Shown here: positions 12,201 to 27,200 of the stretch, in pieces | Numbering within the stretch: position 1 is the first letter of the stretch | Layout of the letters: every line of letters starts with the position of its first letter | Assembly: GCF_963921235.1 (NCBI RefSeq) | Contig: NC_086097.1 | Coordinates: 181,538,001-181,602,000, forward strand | DNA: 64,000 nt | Reading direction: 5' to 3' | Source of the DNA: Mobula hypostoma | Lineage: Eukaryota | Program-made: the position numbers and the translations under genes | The notes under the pieces: model-generated | What the model saw: only the letters and a program-made list of their open reading frames with translations | Told to the model about the DNA's origin: nothing | Databases searched by the model: none

Positions 12201-15200
12201 GAGAGGGATGTGCAAGAGGTGGAGTTGCATTACTAATCAGGGAGCATGTCACAACTGCACTCAGAGAGGATATCCTGGAGGGTTTATCCACTAAAGCATG
12301 TAGGTAGAGCTTAAAAATAAGAAAGGTGCAATCACTTTGATGGGTTATACTACAGGCTGCCAAATGAGCAGCAGGTAAAGGAACAGCGATGTAGAGATTA
12401 TGAAAAGATGTAAAAGCAACAGAGTTATTGAAGTGAGTGACTTTAATTTCCCCAATATTGACTGAGACTTCTTTGGTTCAAGAGGCTGAGATGAGACGGA
12501 ATTTGTTAAGTGCATCCAAGAGTCCAATTGTGGATAGTCCAACTAAAGAAAGGGGCAATACTGGACCTTGTACTGGAAATGAGACTGGTCGGGTGGTTGT
12601 GGTTTCAGTGGGAGAGCATTTTGGGAAACGTGAACAGTAAGTTTTAAAATAGTTATGAATAAGGATGAACCTGGACCTTGGGGTGCAGGAGAGAGGGGAA
12701 AGGGATTGCTAAATTGGGGAAGACAAATTGCAACATTATTGGGCAGGAGCAACGGAGGGTAAATAGGGAGCAGCTGTTAATGGACAAATCCACATACAAC
12801 GTGGAAATCTTTTAAAAACCAGCTGATCAAAATTCAGTACCAACATGTTCCAGTGAGGACGAAAGATGAGGATGGCAAAGTTCAGGAACCTTGGCTGATG
12901 AGACATTGTAAGTTTAATCAAAAAAGAAAAAGAAGGTATGCGTAACATGTGCAGGGTTGAGGGAAATCCCAAACCATTTTATATGAACATTTAAAAATAA
13001 GAGAGTATCTGGGGAGAGAGTAGAACCACTTCAAGTCAAGTCAAGTCACTTTTTATTGTCATTTCAACCATAACTGCTGGTACAGAACATAGTAAAAATG
13101 AGACAACGTTTTCCAGGACCATGGTGCTACAGGAAAACAATACAAAAACTACACTGAACTACGTAACTACTCTGACGGTGGTGTCTGAAAAGAGGATGCT
13201 GTCCAAGTTGCATGCCATCTTGGACAATGTCTCCCATCCACTACATAATGTACTGGTTGGGCACAGGAGTACATTCAGCCAGAGACTCATTCCACCGAGG
13301 CGCAACACAGAGCGTCATAGGAAGTCATTCCTGCCTGTGGCCATCAAACTTTACAACTCCTCCCTTGGAGGGTCAGACACCCTGAGCCAATAGGCTGGTC
13401 CTGGACTTATTTCCTGGCATAATTTACATATTACTATTTAACTATTTATGGTTTTATTACTATTTATTATTTAAGGTACAACTGTAATGAAAACCAATTT
13501 TCCCAGGATCAATAAAGTATGAGTATGACTATGTAAGAAAAAACACAAAAGCTACACTAGACTACAGACCTATCCAGGACTACATAAAGGGCACAAAACA
13601 GTACAGGCACTACAATAAATAATAAATAATAAACAAGACAGTAGGCACAGTAGAGGGCAGTAGGTTGGTGTCAAGCCAGGCTCTGGGTATTGAGGAGTCT
13701 GATGGCTTGGAGGAAGAAACTGTTACATAGTCTGGTCATGAGAGCCCAAATGCTTCGGTGCCTTTTTCTAGATGACAGGAGGGAGAAGAGTTTATATGAG
13801 GGATGCGTGGGGTCCTTCATAATGCTGTTTGCTTTGCGGATGCAGTGTGTGGTGTAAATGTCAGTGATGGCGGGAACAGAGACCCCGATGATCTTCTCAG
13901 CTGATCTCACTATCTGCTGCAGGGTCTTGTGATCCGAGATGGTACAATTTCCGAACCAGGCTGTGATGCAGCTGCTCAGGATGCTCTCAGTACAACCTCT
14001 GTAGAATGTGGTGAGGATGGGGGGTGGGAGATGGACTTTTCAAAGCCTTTGCAGAAAGTAGAGACGCTGCTGGGCTTTCTTTGAGACAGAGCTGGTGTTG
14101 AGGGACCAGGTGAGATTCTCCACCAGGTGAACACCAAGAAATTTGGTGCAAGAAATTCTTAGTAGAATTAATGTAATTATGATGCTATTAGGCAGGAACT
14201 TGGAAGTGTAAATTGAGAATAGATGTACTCAAAGCAAATACACAACGAAAATGTGGAAGTTATTTAGGGAGCATTTGTATGGGTTTCTAGATAGGTTTGT
14301 CCCATTGAGGTAGAGAAATGATGGTAGAGTGAACACTACCCTAATGATAGGTTGACAAGAAATATGGAACATCTAGTGAAGAGGAAGAAAGAAGCATACT
14401 TAAGCAAGGATCAGACGGCTTTTGAGAGTTATAAGATATCTAGAAAAGAGCTTATGAAAGGACTAAGAGTGAGAAAGGAACACGGGAAGGCCTTGGAGAG
14501 TAAGGTTAAGGCAAACCCCAAGGTGTTATATACATAAGTGAAGAATAGAACGATGACTGAAGTGAGGGCAGGACCAATTATGGATAAAGAAGAAACATGC
14601 GCCTGGAAGTAGGGGAGGTCCGTAATGAACACTTTGCTTCAGTTTTTATTGCACCGATGCATGCATGCACTTATGCAGATGACAATAAACTTGACTTTGA
14701 CTTTGCCAACCCTCCCCCAAATCTGTTTCCACCAGTTATGTCACCCCTTTACCTATGTGCCAAGGAATAACCCCAGTTGAAAATGTGATGTTTTGCATTT
14801 TGAGAGCAACAGGAAGGTTTTCATTCACCCTGTAGCACAACTCTGACTCTCATTTCTCCAGATCAGAAAATATCGCACGCTGAGCGAACTGCTGGATGAT
14901 GCAGAGGAGCTGGTGAAAAATCCATATAAGGGCAAGAAGCTGAAGGTATGTGTGAACACAGAAATGTTGGCACAGAATCTGACACTGACAGGTACATGAA
15001 TTAGGAAGCTTTTGCCTTGGTGTTGTGGTAGAATTAGTAATTAATAATCTACACACCATCTTGGTAGTTTGAGAACTTGAGCACGGTTGAAGTAAAAATC
15101 CTATGCCAGGAAAAGTGATGGCAAAGCAGTCAGAGTGTGTTAAACACAAAAAAATCACTGTTACTTGGGTAAAGAAGTAGTGTCCTTGCCTGATCTGATC

Positions 15201-18200
15201 TGTCCTCATAGTTTAGAAGATGAAGTGATCTCGATGAAGGCGTGTAATAGAGGTATGTTGTTTCACATGACTGGGCTGTCTAGAAACAGGGATCACTCTC
15301 ACCATTCAGGATTTGGACATCATTGATGATGGGGTGGTGATTATTTGGAATTCTCTAGGCAAGAGCCAGCGAGAAGCACAACTATTGAGAACGTTGAAGA
15401 TAAAGGTTGTAAATGTTTTGTTGAATATTGAGGGAATCAAGGTATGTGTAGCTACTGCAGAAGATTGGCTCTGAGGAAAAATCAGCCATGATCTCTCTGA
15501 ATGGTGGAGAAGGCACAAGGGGCTGACTGTTCTACTCCACTTGTGTATTTTGTGAAGAGTAAGGGTAAGGATAGGGGTGTTGACTTGTAGAGCAATACAG
15601 CACAGATCGGCCCAACCTGTCCATGCTGATCACAGTACCCACTCAGCTAGTCTTAATATCCTGCAATTAGACAATATCCTTCTAAGCTCCACCCCTTCAT
15701 ATATTTATCCAAGTGCATCTTAAATGATTGTATCTATCTCAACCTCTTCCTCTGGCAGCTTCTTCCATACACACACCACCCTCTGCGCGGAACAAGTTGC
15801 CCCTTAGGTCCCTTTTAAATCTATCCCCCCTCACCCTAAATCTATGCCTCTAGTTTTGGACTACTCCACCCTCAGAAAAAGACTGTTTCAATCCACTTTA
15901 TCTATGTCTCCCGTAATTTTAAACATTCCTATTGGTCGTCCCTCGTGCTCTTACATTACAAGGAGTGAAGACGGAGCCTGGCCAACCTCTCCCTATAACT
16001 CAGACACTGATCCTGGCAATATCCTCATAAGTCTTGTCTGAACTTCCAGCCATTGCAAGGGAGCACAAGTCCACAGTGAACACATCAGTGCATTAAAATG
16101 TCAATCTTTATTTCAGACTCATCCTGATTTTCCCAAGAAGCCACTGACTCCATACTTCCGATTCTTCATGGAGAAAAGAGCCAAATATGCCAAGATTCAC
16201 CCAGAAATGAGTAACCTGGACTTGACAAAAATCCTCTCCAAGAAATACAAGGAGTTGCCAGAGAAGAAAAAGGTGTGAGAAGTCACTGTGTGATCTGGTA
16301 TTAGAGAGCCATGGCATTATGAGTCCCTTAATAATCTCATTACCTCATGGTCTCCCCACATCCTGTATCAGTCCCACACTAATACTACTGCCTTGTGTTA
16401 TCCTCACTGTCCTGGATCAGTCCCACATTAAACTCACTATCCCACTCTCTCTCCATAGTCCCCTATCAATCCCACGCTATCCCACTGCCTCGCTCTCTCC
16501 ACATAACCTGTGCCTTTGTGACTCTCTAATCCCCACTTCCATCCCCACCCATTGCTTTATGGACTCAACTGGCTGAGGTGATCCTGAGATTCCTATGGCC
16601 TCCACCTCAATTCAGAGTATCCCTCCCATTCTGACCTGTCTGTTGGCCTCCTCCACTTTTGCTGTGAGACTCAACATAAACTACCAGAATTACATCTTAT
16701 CTTCTATTTGCCAATTTTGCAACCCTCTGGAATGAACACTGCAATACCAAACTTCAGGTTTCCCATTGTTCTGCTAGTGTCCTTCTCTCACCTTGTTCCT
16801 TAAATCTGCCTCGCTATTGGTCAAATTCACCTGCTCTTTACCATCTGACCTGCCATAAGCAATCTCTGTATGGTCTTGAGTCTTCCATATTACTCCAGTA
16901 ACCCCCTAAACCCTCCATTCTCATTTTCCCTGTCCCTCCCCCAACACTCACTCACATCTTCCAGTGTTTTTGTTTTTCTTTAGATTCCTTCGTCTATAAT
17001 TTGTCCCTTTCCCTGTGATTTCTAACACGGCTTCTCTTCTTGTGCCTTTTCACAGCTCAAGTACATTCAGGATTTCCAGCAGGAGAAGGGGCATTTTGGG
17101 CAGGCAATGGCCAAATTCAGGTACCTTTATAGGGTTATCAACATCCTCTGCCTAATAGCCTACTGTTCCAATCTACAGTGACCTTGGTGCTAGACTGAAT
17201 GATGCAAGCAATCATCGCATTGTCAAGGGGAAATGCGTATATGGGACTCATCTCCAAGTGAGAGTCAGTGTGTGTGTGAGACCTGTCCCCCAGTGAGGAT
17301 CAGATGATGTGTGTGACCCATCATGCAGTGAGGTTCAGTATATGTTGGACCTGTTTCATTTAATAGGAGCCGGGATTTGGAATGAGAGGTGTGAGAGTTT
17401 TAAAGAGGGAGGTCTTGGAACTTGCTGATGGGTTAAAGAATTTGCAAGTTATTTGTTAGTCATTAGTTGATTGGTTAATTAACAGCAGCCAATAAAAAGT
17501 GGTTAGGGTCAAATAGAGTGGCAGTTCACTGAGCCTAATTGAGCCTGTTGGGAGTTTTCTCAGGCAGGAAGCAACAGAGAAGATGGAGGCAGCGAACAGG
17601 AGGTGGTATTGGGTGATGGGAGTTGTATGGAGGAGGGTGAATGGCAGGTTTCTGGGAAATGGAGAAATAAGCGGCTGATTGAGGATTGTAGTGGCTTGTC
17701 CTCCAGTGATGAAGGCAGTAAACGTGGTTTAAATAAAACAAGGAGTGAAGAGTTTAAGGTATTGCTGAGTTTTGAATGTGGACCTATTTCTGATATCAAT
17801 CCAATTAGATTAACAAGGGATTTGAAAATAGCATTATGCGATATTGTAGGTGCAAAACCTTTATGAGATGGGGCACTCTTAGTGTTTTGTAGAGATGGTA
17901 AGAAATGTGAGAAAGCTTTGGGGTTAAAAGCTGTTGGAGGAAGGAAAGTAACGCTAAGAATAAGCTTTTCTCGGGCTTCCAGCCAGGTACGAGTATTGGT
18001 AATGAGCTCTGCCATCTGCATCCCTGTTTATTTGTCGTATATGCTGGGAAAGCACTAGATCCTTTTTTTAAACAACAATAAATGATATTGAGCAACAGTA
18101 GTTGTAGCCTTGGGGAATAATCTCTGAAGTGCCTCTAGATGTATCCCATGACAAAGTTGAAAATCAATTTTGTCGAGGGAAAAGTTGAGGCACTAAACAT

Positions 18201-21200
18201 TTAAAGGGGTTTTGTGGTGGAGTTAGAATAGATAGCTTATCAGTGTTGATTAAATTTGATGGAAAACGGTTGCTGGATAGGGTTAATTTATGTTATGTGA
18301 GTTATGTGGTTCGAGTCTATGTGCTGCTCCCTCTGTGATGTTTCCATTGCCAGAAGTTTGGTTGTGTAGCAGTGGTGTGTAAGGGTAGGTATTGGTGTGG
18401 TAGATGTGGTGAAGAGCATGATTATGTCAATTGTAGAGAAGGCGTTAGGCTAAATTGTAGCAACTGTGGAGAAGAACATTGTTCTGCTTATGCAGGATGT
18501 TCTATAAGTACAGAAGACAGTGTCAGTGGGACCTATTAATATCCAGAATACAGATAGTTTGACAGTGTATAAAGTGTATGTTTGTATAACAAAGGATTCT
18601 CTGGTTGTTGATAAACTAAAGTTTGTCACTTTCATGACATCATTATGTGTCATGTCATATGATGTGGGCATTTATGGTCAAAAACCATGATTGTTCTTGG
18701 TAAATTCCACAGAAGTGGTTTAACATTGCCTTCTGAGCAGTATCTTTACAAGATGGGTGACCCCAGCTATTATCAATACTCTTGGTGCCTGGTGTCAGTG
18801 GTTGCATAACCAGGACTTGTGATATGCACCAGCTGCTCATACGACCATCCACCACCTGCTCCCATGACTTCATGTGATGCTGATCGGAGGCTAAACAGGT
18901 GCTACACCTCGCCCAAGGGTGACTTGCAGTTTAGCAGAAGGAAGGAGGGCCTTACACCTCCTTTGGTAGAGACATATCTCCACCCCGCCACCCATGGCAA
19001 ATGTGGTAAATTGTACAGCACAAAAAATAAAAAATATATTAAAAGCCAAAGAAAGATATCTAGAGATACAAGACTTAACTCTAGAAATTATTAATGATGC
19101 GTTACAAGGACAGGTAAATGATGTTCAGGTTTCAAAGGAGAGTTGTTAATAGTTTTTCTAACCTTACAATAGAATGCTAGAAGCCTGTTAGCTAATTCAG
19201 GTCCACAATACCTTACCCGAAATCCTTGCGGCCAGTTGCATTTCGGAATTCAGAATTTTTTGGATTTCAGAAAATTGATAATTAACCTGTCTCAGTGCGG
19301 GTGGACTTTCGGACCCAAGGGCGCTCCGGACCTACGCACATCCTCCCGTACACCTTAAATCATCTCTAGATTACTTATAATACCTAATACAATGTAAATG
19401 CTATGTAAATAGTTGTTATACTGTATTGTTTAGGGAATAATGACAAGAAAAAAAGTCTGTACATGCTCAAACAACGAGGGCTGGAGAGAGAACTCCTGGG
19501 TTTTCCCGATCCGCACTCTTTTACAAATACTATTACAGTTTATTTATAGAGTAATATACTGATAAATGAAATAGTGGGATAATTATAGACCATAAATACA
19601 CTAGTACATTTTATTTCCAAGAAAAACATTCAATAAAACATAAAAATATACAGCTTCAAACGAACCGAATCAAACACATGGTAAATGACTTACTGGAATA
19701 AATGTAGAATGTAAATACTCTAGGACATATTCAGGTTCAAAGTAAGCTAAGTACGTACAGGTGCCTCTAGTTGAGTTGCATTACGTCTGGCAAACAAAGT
19801 TAAATACTCTACAGGTACCTGATGGGCCAGGAACAGGATTCTCAAGTTATGAAGCAGCACTACGACAGATGGCGTTTTTAAAGACTTCTTCAAGTGTCAT
19901 CTGTCTCATTAACATAAGATTATGCCTAAGCAATCTCTTTTTAACTGAGTAAACTGCCATAATCTCTTGCTCACTGATAAAGGCACGTTGTTCAAGGCTA
20001 GCAATTAACCAATCACGCATTTTCACCATATCGTCTATGGGGATTTTTTCACCTGTGTTCACTGTCATCATCATCATCATCACTACTGTCTTCATGCTTA
20101 TCTGCATTTAACACCATTTCAGCAATTTCCCCATCACTCAAGGAATGCACAACAGGTGCATCATTGTCAATGTTGAGCATTTCTTTGATGTCAGCTTCCT
20201 CTAACTCACTTACACTTTCGTTGGATAACATTTTAGCATAAGTTACGAGGTTTGATATCATCATCTTCTCATTAGTGATACGAAATCCTTCAAAGTCTTG
20301 ATCTGTAGGTTCATTTACATCAAACATCGTTGTAGGCCAAAGTCTGTGCCAAGCATTTGTTAATGTTACTTCATCAACATCATTCCAACCATTAGAAACT
20401 GCGTAAGTGGCATCCTTAACATTGAACTCTTTCAGGAAGTCTTGGATTTCTACTCCTCTGTTGACTGCAGAAAGCATACAATTCAAAAATAGTCTTTATA
20501 CTTGCTCTTCATGGAGCGTAAAATTCCTTGGTCACAAGGCTGTAATATAGATGTCACATTGGAGGGCAAGTAAATTGTGAAAACATTACTTTTCACAAGA
20601 AGTTTGGCGGGGGGATGTGCAGGAACGATAAAATTTTACTGTTTTCTTCCAGTCCAGCTTGCCTGCAATGAGGTCGTGCCGCTGGTACAAAGTAGTTATT
20701 GAACCAGTCAGAAAACATTCCTCGGGTTACCCTTGCTTTCTTGTTTGCATAATAATGCACAGGGAAATTGCGTACACCTTTCAGACATCTCGGATGATGG
20801 CTTTTTCCAGTCACTGTCAACTTCACCTTGTGTGTGCCTGCTGCATTGGCACACCCAAGAATAGTTAACCTGTCCTTAGCATCTTTAAAACCTGTTGGTG
20901 CTCTCTCATCAGCCGTTGTTAATGTTTTTCTAGGAATGTAGCGCCAGTACAAAGCTGTTTCATCAGCATTGTAGATTTGTTCAGGGCTAAGGTTTTCATC
21001 AGATATTATTTTGGCAAATTCGTCAATGTAATTTTCAACACAAAATATCAGCGAAGAGCAAATGCACGTGTAACCAGTACGAGCGCTGAGCCACAAGTGA
21101 CGTCTGGCGGCCTCTGCTAGCGCTGCCACGTCACACCTGAGTGATGTCAGCTGTTAGCGCGTCAAACAAGCCTTGTTACGACATGCTCCACACTCCATGA

Positions 21201-24200
21201 AAAAGACTGGTTTTCGGAGCTTTTTGGATTTCAGAATTTCGGATAAGGAATTGTGGACCTGTAGTCAAGAGTTTTAAGAAATTTACTGAAGACTTACCAA
21301 ATAATCCTGATGTTATATGTGTACAGGAAACCTGGTTGAAATCTTGTTTCAGTCTAAAGATACAAGGTTATGTTGATATAAGACACAATTGGAAAAGGGG
21401 CGCTGGATGAGTAGTGGCTACCTTTGTCTTAAAAATGGAATAGTACATTGTATTTTGGAGATTGGAATTTTTTATGAGTCAATTATGGTTGAAATTTGGG
21501 GAAAGAATAGTAAAGTACAGATAGTAAATTTTTATAACCCTTGTGAAAAGTCAACACCTGATGTATTAAAAAGTGTGGGTGGAAATGGAAAAAAATAGCG
21601 TCATGTGATGTGGGTTAATGCTCACTACTATGGGGTAGTAGAGACACGAATGTGAAGGATTTTCTGGAAGAAAAGTGGTTGGTGTGCTTGAATGATAGAA
21701 GGAGTACAATGATAAATCTATTTAACAACGATGTTTCTACTATAGATCTTACAATGGTTTCTGAGGATATAGCAAGGGTGTGTAACTGGGAAGTGTATAA
21801 AGATACAACAGTGGGGAGTGATCATTTCCTCATCATCTGTACAATGGGAATAGATAGTCTTCAGGGGAAAGGTACTCTATCCCCAGATGGAACTTTAAAA
21901 AAGGCAATCTGGGTTGAATTTGATGATTCTTATTTGGAAATAGATTTCTGATCATTTGGTTTTGGAGGATATCGAGTTGAGTAGTAATACCTTGTTCTCT
22001 GTACTGAACTCAATAGCAAAGGAATCAATTCCCAGATTATTGAGAATACAAGGAAAGTTGTTCCTTAGTGGATGGATGAATGTAGAAGGAGCAGAGTAAA
22101 GCTCGTAGGAAAGTTAGGCAGTGCTACTCCTATTCATATTTCATAAGCTCAAGCTATAGTTAGAAAAGTAGTGAGAAAAGCAAAGAAAATGTATTGGAGA
22201 ACACAAACACGAGGAATTCTGCAGATGCTGGAAATTCAAGCAACACACATCAAAGTTGCTGGTGAACGCAGCAGGCCAGGCAGCATCTCTAGGAAGAGGT
22301 ACAGTCGACGTTTCGGGCCGAGACCCTTCGTCAGGACTAACTGAAAGAAGAGATAGTAAGAGATTTGAAGCTCAGGAAGTTCAGCATATATGCAAGGCAG
22401 ACATTATGGATTCTTACATATTATCAGACAAAGCATCAGTATTCACGTCTGGTGTTTGTGAAGAAATGAATTTCAGGATGTATATTGTATACATTTCTCT
22501 AACATTAAATGTACCTATTGAGATGGTTGCTATCATTTTAGCCTTGGAACGGGTTGAAGAATTACAGCTTGATTATGTACTTCTGTGCTGTTATTCGTTC
22601 TCAGTCTTGACATTTATTAAAACAGATACTTCTAATCGTAGGCCAAGCATTCTTCTTGAGATTGGACATGTGTTGAGGCTGTGGGGTTTAGTCCTCTGTA
22701 TACATTTCATGTGGGTTCCTGCCCATGTTGGGGAGTTGAAGGTGACAGACATGCCAAGCAGTCACTTAAAGTTAAGGAAGTAAATGTAGTGATTCCTTTG
22801 CTTAAGAGGAAGCTGAAAGCCATAATTTAAAAAGTCTATTCCATCACTGTGGCAACAAAGTTGGGATAAGGAAAAGAAAGGACAGCATTTATATATTTCA
22901 GAGGATGGTGGGAACTCAACTGGTAGATGAATATAAGAGGATAGAAGAAGGTAAATTTACACATCTACTTTTTGGGCATACAAAGTTGAATAATTCCCTG
23001 TTCAGAATTAATATGCATGATACTGGCATCTGTAGGGAGTGTACTTATCAAGAAATGGTGTAACATATATTGTTTGAATGCAATTCCTATGAGGTGCAAA
23101 GGAAGCATCTAATTGCTAAATTGAGATCTTTGGGACAGACACAATTTAGCATGGAAAGTTTGTTCAGATATCACTGCCGTTGTAATGTATACAAGTGCAT
23201 ATTTGACTTTCTGAAAAGTATTAAACTTTGTGATATTATTTTGAGTTTTTGAGGAGGAGGGATTTAGTGGTTATACTTTCTGTCTCTGTTCCACACTCCA
23301 ATTCAGTAGGTGGCGGTAATGCACCTAATGTTGTTCTGCCAACCACCATTAAACATTACAAGAAGTAGCAGTAGTGGAGTGGTCATTTTGCAAAGAGTTC
23401 CTGTCCGGTCTTGTCAAAGCACTGCTGGTTGTTTAAGTGTTACCTTTATGAGTAAGGTGAGGGAAAGCTCTTTTCCTTCAAAGCTTGTCACAAATAGATG
23501 GTGAACTCAGACTGTCATTAGACTCCGCTTGAATGTGGGAACGCAGAGTCCCCAGTGACTACATGTGCAGCAAGTGTCAAGTTACAGCTCCTGACAGACT
23601 GTGACAGTCCTGGAATTGTGCATGGGTTCACTTTGGAGCATCCGCAAAGCTGAGAATGTTGTGGAAAACATGTTTAATGAGTTGGTCAGATTGCAACTGA
23701 AGGGTCTCAGGAAGGGTGGGGAGTGAATGACCAACACGCAGAGCAGTAGCAGGAAGGTAGTACAGGAGATCCCTGCAGTCACCTCCCTCCAAAGCTTTGG
23801 ATACCACTGGGGGAGATGACTTATCGGGGGAAGGCAACGTAGCCAGGATCATGACTCTATTGCACAGGAGGGCAGGAAAAAGAGTGGCAGAGCTACTGTG
23901 GTAAGGAATTCCATGGTGAGGCGAATAGACAGGAGTTTCTTTGGCTGCAACCAGTTGCACAGGTCAGGGCTGTCTCAGCAGCTGCAGGACATTCTGAAAG
24001 GAAAGGGTGAATGGCCAGTTGTCGTGGTGCCTGTAGGTACCAGTGATGTAGGAGAAAAGCGAGAGGGGGTCCTACAAACTGAATTTAGGGGCTAGGAGAT
24101 ACTGTCAGTATAAAAAGTGGGCCCTCAGAGGTAGAGACCTCATGATTGCTACCTGTGCCACGTGCTAGTCTGTGCAGGAAAAGGAGAATAGTCAGTATGA

Positions 24201-27200
24201 ATTTGTAGCTTGAGCAGTGATGCAAGAGGAGAGGTTTCAGATCCCTGGGGCATTGGAACCGGTTCTGGGAGAGGTTGAACCAGCATAAACTGGATGGTCT
24301 ACACCTGGCCAGGACCAGGATCAATGTCCTAGGGGGTGAGGGATGGGAATCCATACAGAGAAACAGAGAAATAATGCAGAGACCAGAGCAAAATTTAGAA
24401 AAAAGTAAGATTGGAGTACAGAAAAGTCAAATGCTAGAAGATGTAAAGATTTCTAGATTCCAATATGACTCTGAGTATAAGAGCATTTTATCTGAATGCC
24501 CTTAGTATTCAAAACAAGGTCAGTGAACTTGTGACACAAATCAGTATAAAGGGGTATGATTTAGTGGTCATTAAAGAAACGTGCTTGCAGGTTAGAGATG
24601 ATTGGGGATTAAACATCCAAGGGGATCAAGTAATACAGAAGGATATGCAAGAAGGTAAGGGAAGTGGAGTAGTGCTCTTCATTAAGGCTGAGATCAAGGG
24701 GATAATGAGAGATGATCTAAGCAGAATGTTTAATCCATCTTGGCGGAGATTAAGGAATAGTAAAGGGAAAAAAATCGTTGGTGGGAGTTGATTTATAGGT
24801 CACCAAATAATAACAGACAATAAACCAACAAATATCTAATATATGTAAGAATGAAACAGCTGTTGTCAAGGGTGGGGAGAGCCAGCTTGGGAATCTAAGG
24901 AAATAAAGGCATCAAACTAAAAGTTCATGGATACAAAGTTACCAAGAGTAGTGGCAAGCTAGAAAATTGGGAAGACTTTAGATAGCTAAAGTGGACATAG
25001 GTATCTTGAAAGGTGAGAAGAGGAATTAATTTTTGGTAATACAGAAATTGCCAAAGCTTTGAATGATTGTTTTGTGGAGGACACATCTTACAGGACATTG
25101 GGCAGGTCCTGGCTGAATGGAAGATGGGTGTAGGCAAAGGTCTGGTAACTATAGGCCAGTTAGCTTAATACCTGTAGTTGGGAAAATGCTTGAAGCTATC
25201 TTTAAGGAAGAAATAGCGAGGCATAAGACTATAAGATATAGGAGCAGAATTAGGCCAGTTGGCCCATCGAGTCTACTCCACCATTTCATCATGGCTGATT
25301 CAGTTTTTCTCTCGGGACCCAGTCTCCTGCCTTCCCCCGTATCCCTTCATGTCCTGACCAATCAAGAATCTATCAACCTGTGCCTTAAATATACATAAAG
25401 ACTTGGCCTCCACAGTTGCCTGTGCAAAGAATTCTGCAGATTCACCACTGTCTGGCTAAAGAAATTCCTCCCCATCTCCATTCTAAAAGGACAACCCTCT
25501 ATTCTGACGCTGTGTCCTCTGGTCTTAGACTCCCTCACCATTCGAACATCCTCTCCATATCCACTCTATCCGGGCCTTTCACCATTTGATAGGTTTCAAT
25601 AAGGTCACCCCTCATTTTTCTGAATCCTAGTGAATACAGGCTCGGAGCCATCAGATCCTCTTCATATGAAAGCCATTCAATCCTGGAATCATTTTCATAA
25701 ACCTCCTTTGAACCCTGTCCAGTTTCAGCACATCCTCTCTAAGATAAGGGGCCCAAAACTGCTCACAATATTCCAAGTGAGGCCTCACCAGTGCTTTATA
25801 AAGTTTCAACATTACATCCTTCCTTTTATATTCTAGTCCTTTTGAAATGAATGCTAACATTGCACTTGCCTTCCTCACCATAGACTCAACCTGCAAATTA
25901 ACCTGTAGAGAATCATGCACAAGGACTCCCAAGTCCCTTTCCACCTTAGATTTTTGTATTTTCTCTCCATTTAGAAAATAGTTAACCCTTTCATTTCTTC
26001 TACCAAAGTGCATGATACATTTTCCAGCACTGTATTCCATCTGCCACTTCTTTGCCCATTCTCCTAATCTGTCTTAAGTCCTTCTGTAGCTTCTCTCTTC
26101 CTCAAAACTACCTGCCCCTCCACCTATCTTCATATCATCTGCAAACTTTGACAAAGTGGTTCCATCAGGCAGGCACAGATGGATTCAGGAAGGGCAAGTC
26201 CTATTTGATAAATGTGTGAAATGGTGAAAGATTGCGGCATGCTGCTATACAAAGAAACTTGGGAGTTATTGTGCATGAATTGGGAAAAGGTTGGTGGAAC
26301 GGGTTATGCTGCAACTGTACGGGTTACTGATGAGGCCAAACCTGGAGTCCTGTGTATTGCTCTGGTCTCTTTACTTGGGAAAAAACATACTGGCCCTGGA
26401 GACAGTGCACAGGAGATTCACCAGGTTGTTTCGGAAGATGAAGAGGTTAGCCTGTGAGGAGTGATTGAGTTTCCTGGGACGGTACTCATTGAAATTCAGA
26501 AGAATGAGAGGGGATCTTACAATGCTTTTCCCAGAGAGTGGTGAATCAGTGAAATTCTCTGCTTGGGGAAGCAGTAAGGGCTACTTTATTAAATATATTT
26601 AAGATGGATAGATCTTTGCATAGATAGATGGCAAGAGAATTAAGCACTATGTGAACAAGGCAGGTAGATGGAGCTGAGTCCATGGCCAGATCAGCCATTC
26701 AGCCATCATCTTATTGAATGGCAGAGTAGACTTGACAGGCCAGGTGACTCTTAGTTTTTATGTTCTCGTGTCGTGTGTGTGTGTGTGTGTGTGACCCTAT
26801 CCCAGTGGTGTGGGACCTTTTAACTTTAGTCAGTATAGAGCAGGACCTTCAGCCTATGGGTGTGTCATGCAGTATAGAGCAGGACCTTCAGCCGATGGGT
26901 GTGTCATGCATGGCAATTTAAATGAATCCCATCTGCCTATACATGGCTTATACCCCTCCATTCCCTGCCTTTTCATAAGCCTGTCTAAATGCTTCTTAAT
27001 TGTTGCTATTTCAACTACTTCCATCATTATCTTGTGGCAGAACATTCTGGGCACCAACCACTCTCCCTATATGGAAAAACTGCATTGCAAATTTCCTTTG
27101 TACTTTCTCCCTCTCATCTTGTATCTATACTCTCTAGTCAAGAACTTGACTTTTTCATGTTGGGGAAAAAGACTCCACCTACCTATGACTCTCATAATTT

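Larger units (their letters stand above)
17500..23375 (+). mobile_element. Decayed I/Nimb-clade LINE (ORF1 zinc knuckles, AP endonuclease, RNase H, C-terminal CCHC) with nested insertions
   Basis: CFHCQKFG...CGRCGEEH...CSNCGEEH at about 18340-18500; [29 protein letters not shown]...[20 protein letters not shown]; 3' end gtaggtggcggtaatgcacc. The RT domain appears deleted. Confidence 0.8.

Noticed and set aside
20049..20110. Acidic run [12 protein letters not shown] resembling the UBF tail
   Set aside because: It is on the minus strand and is the C-terminal part of the Tigger transposase.
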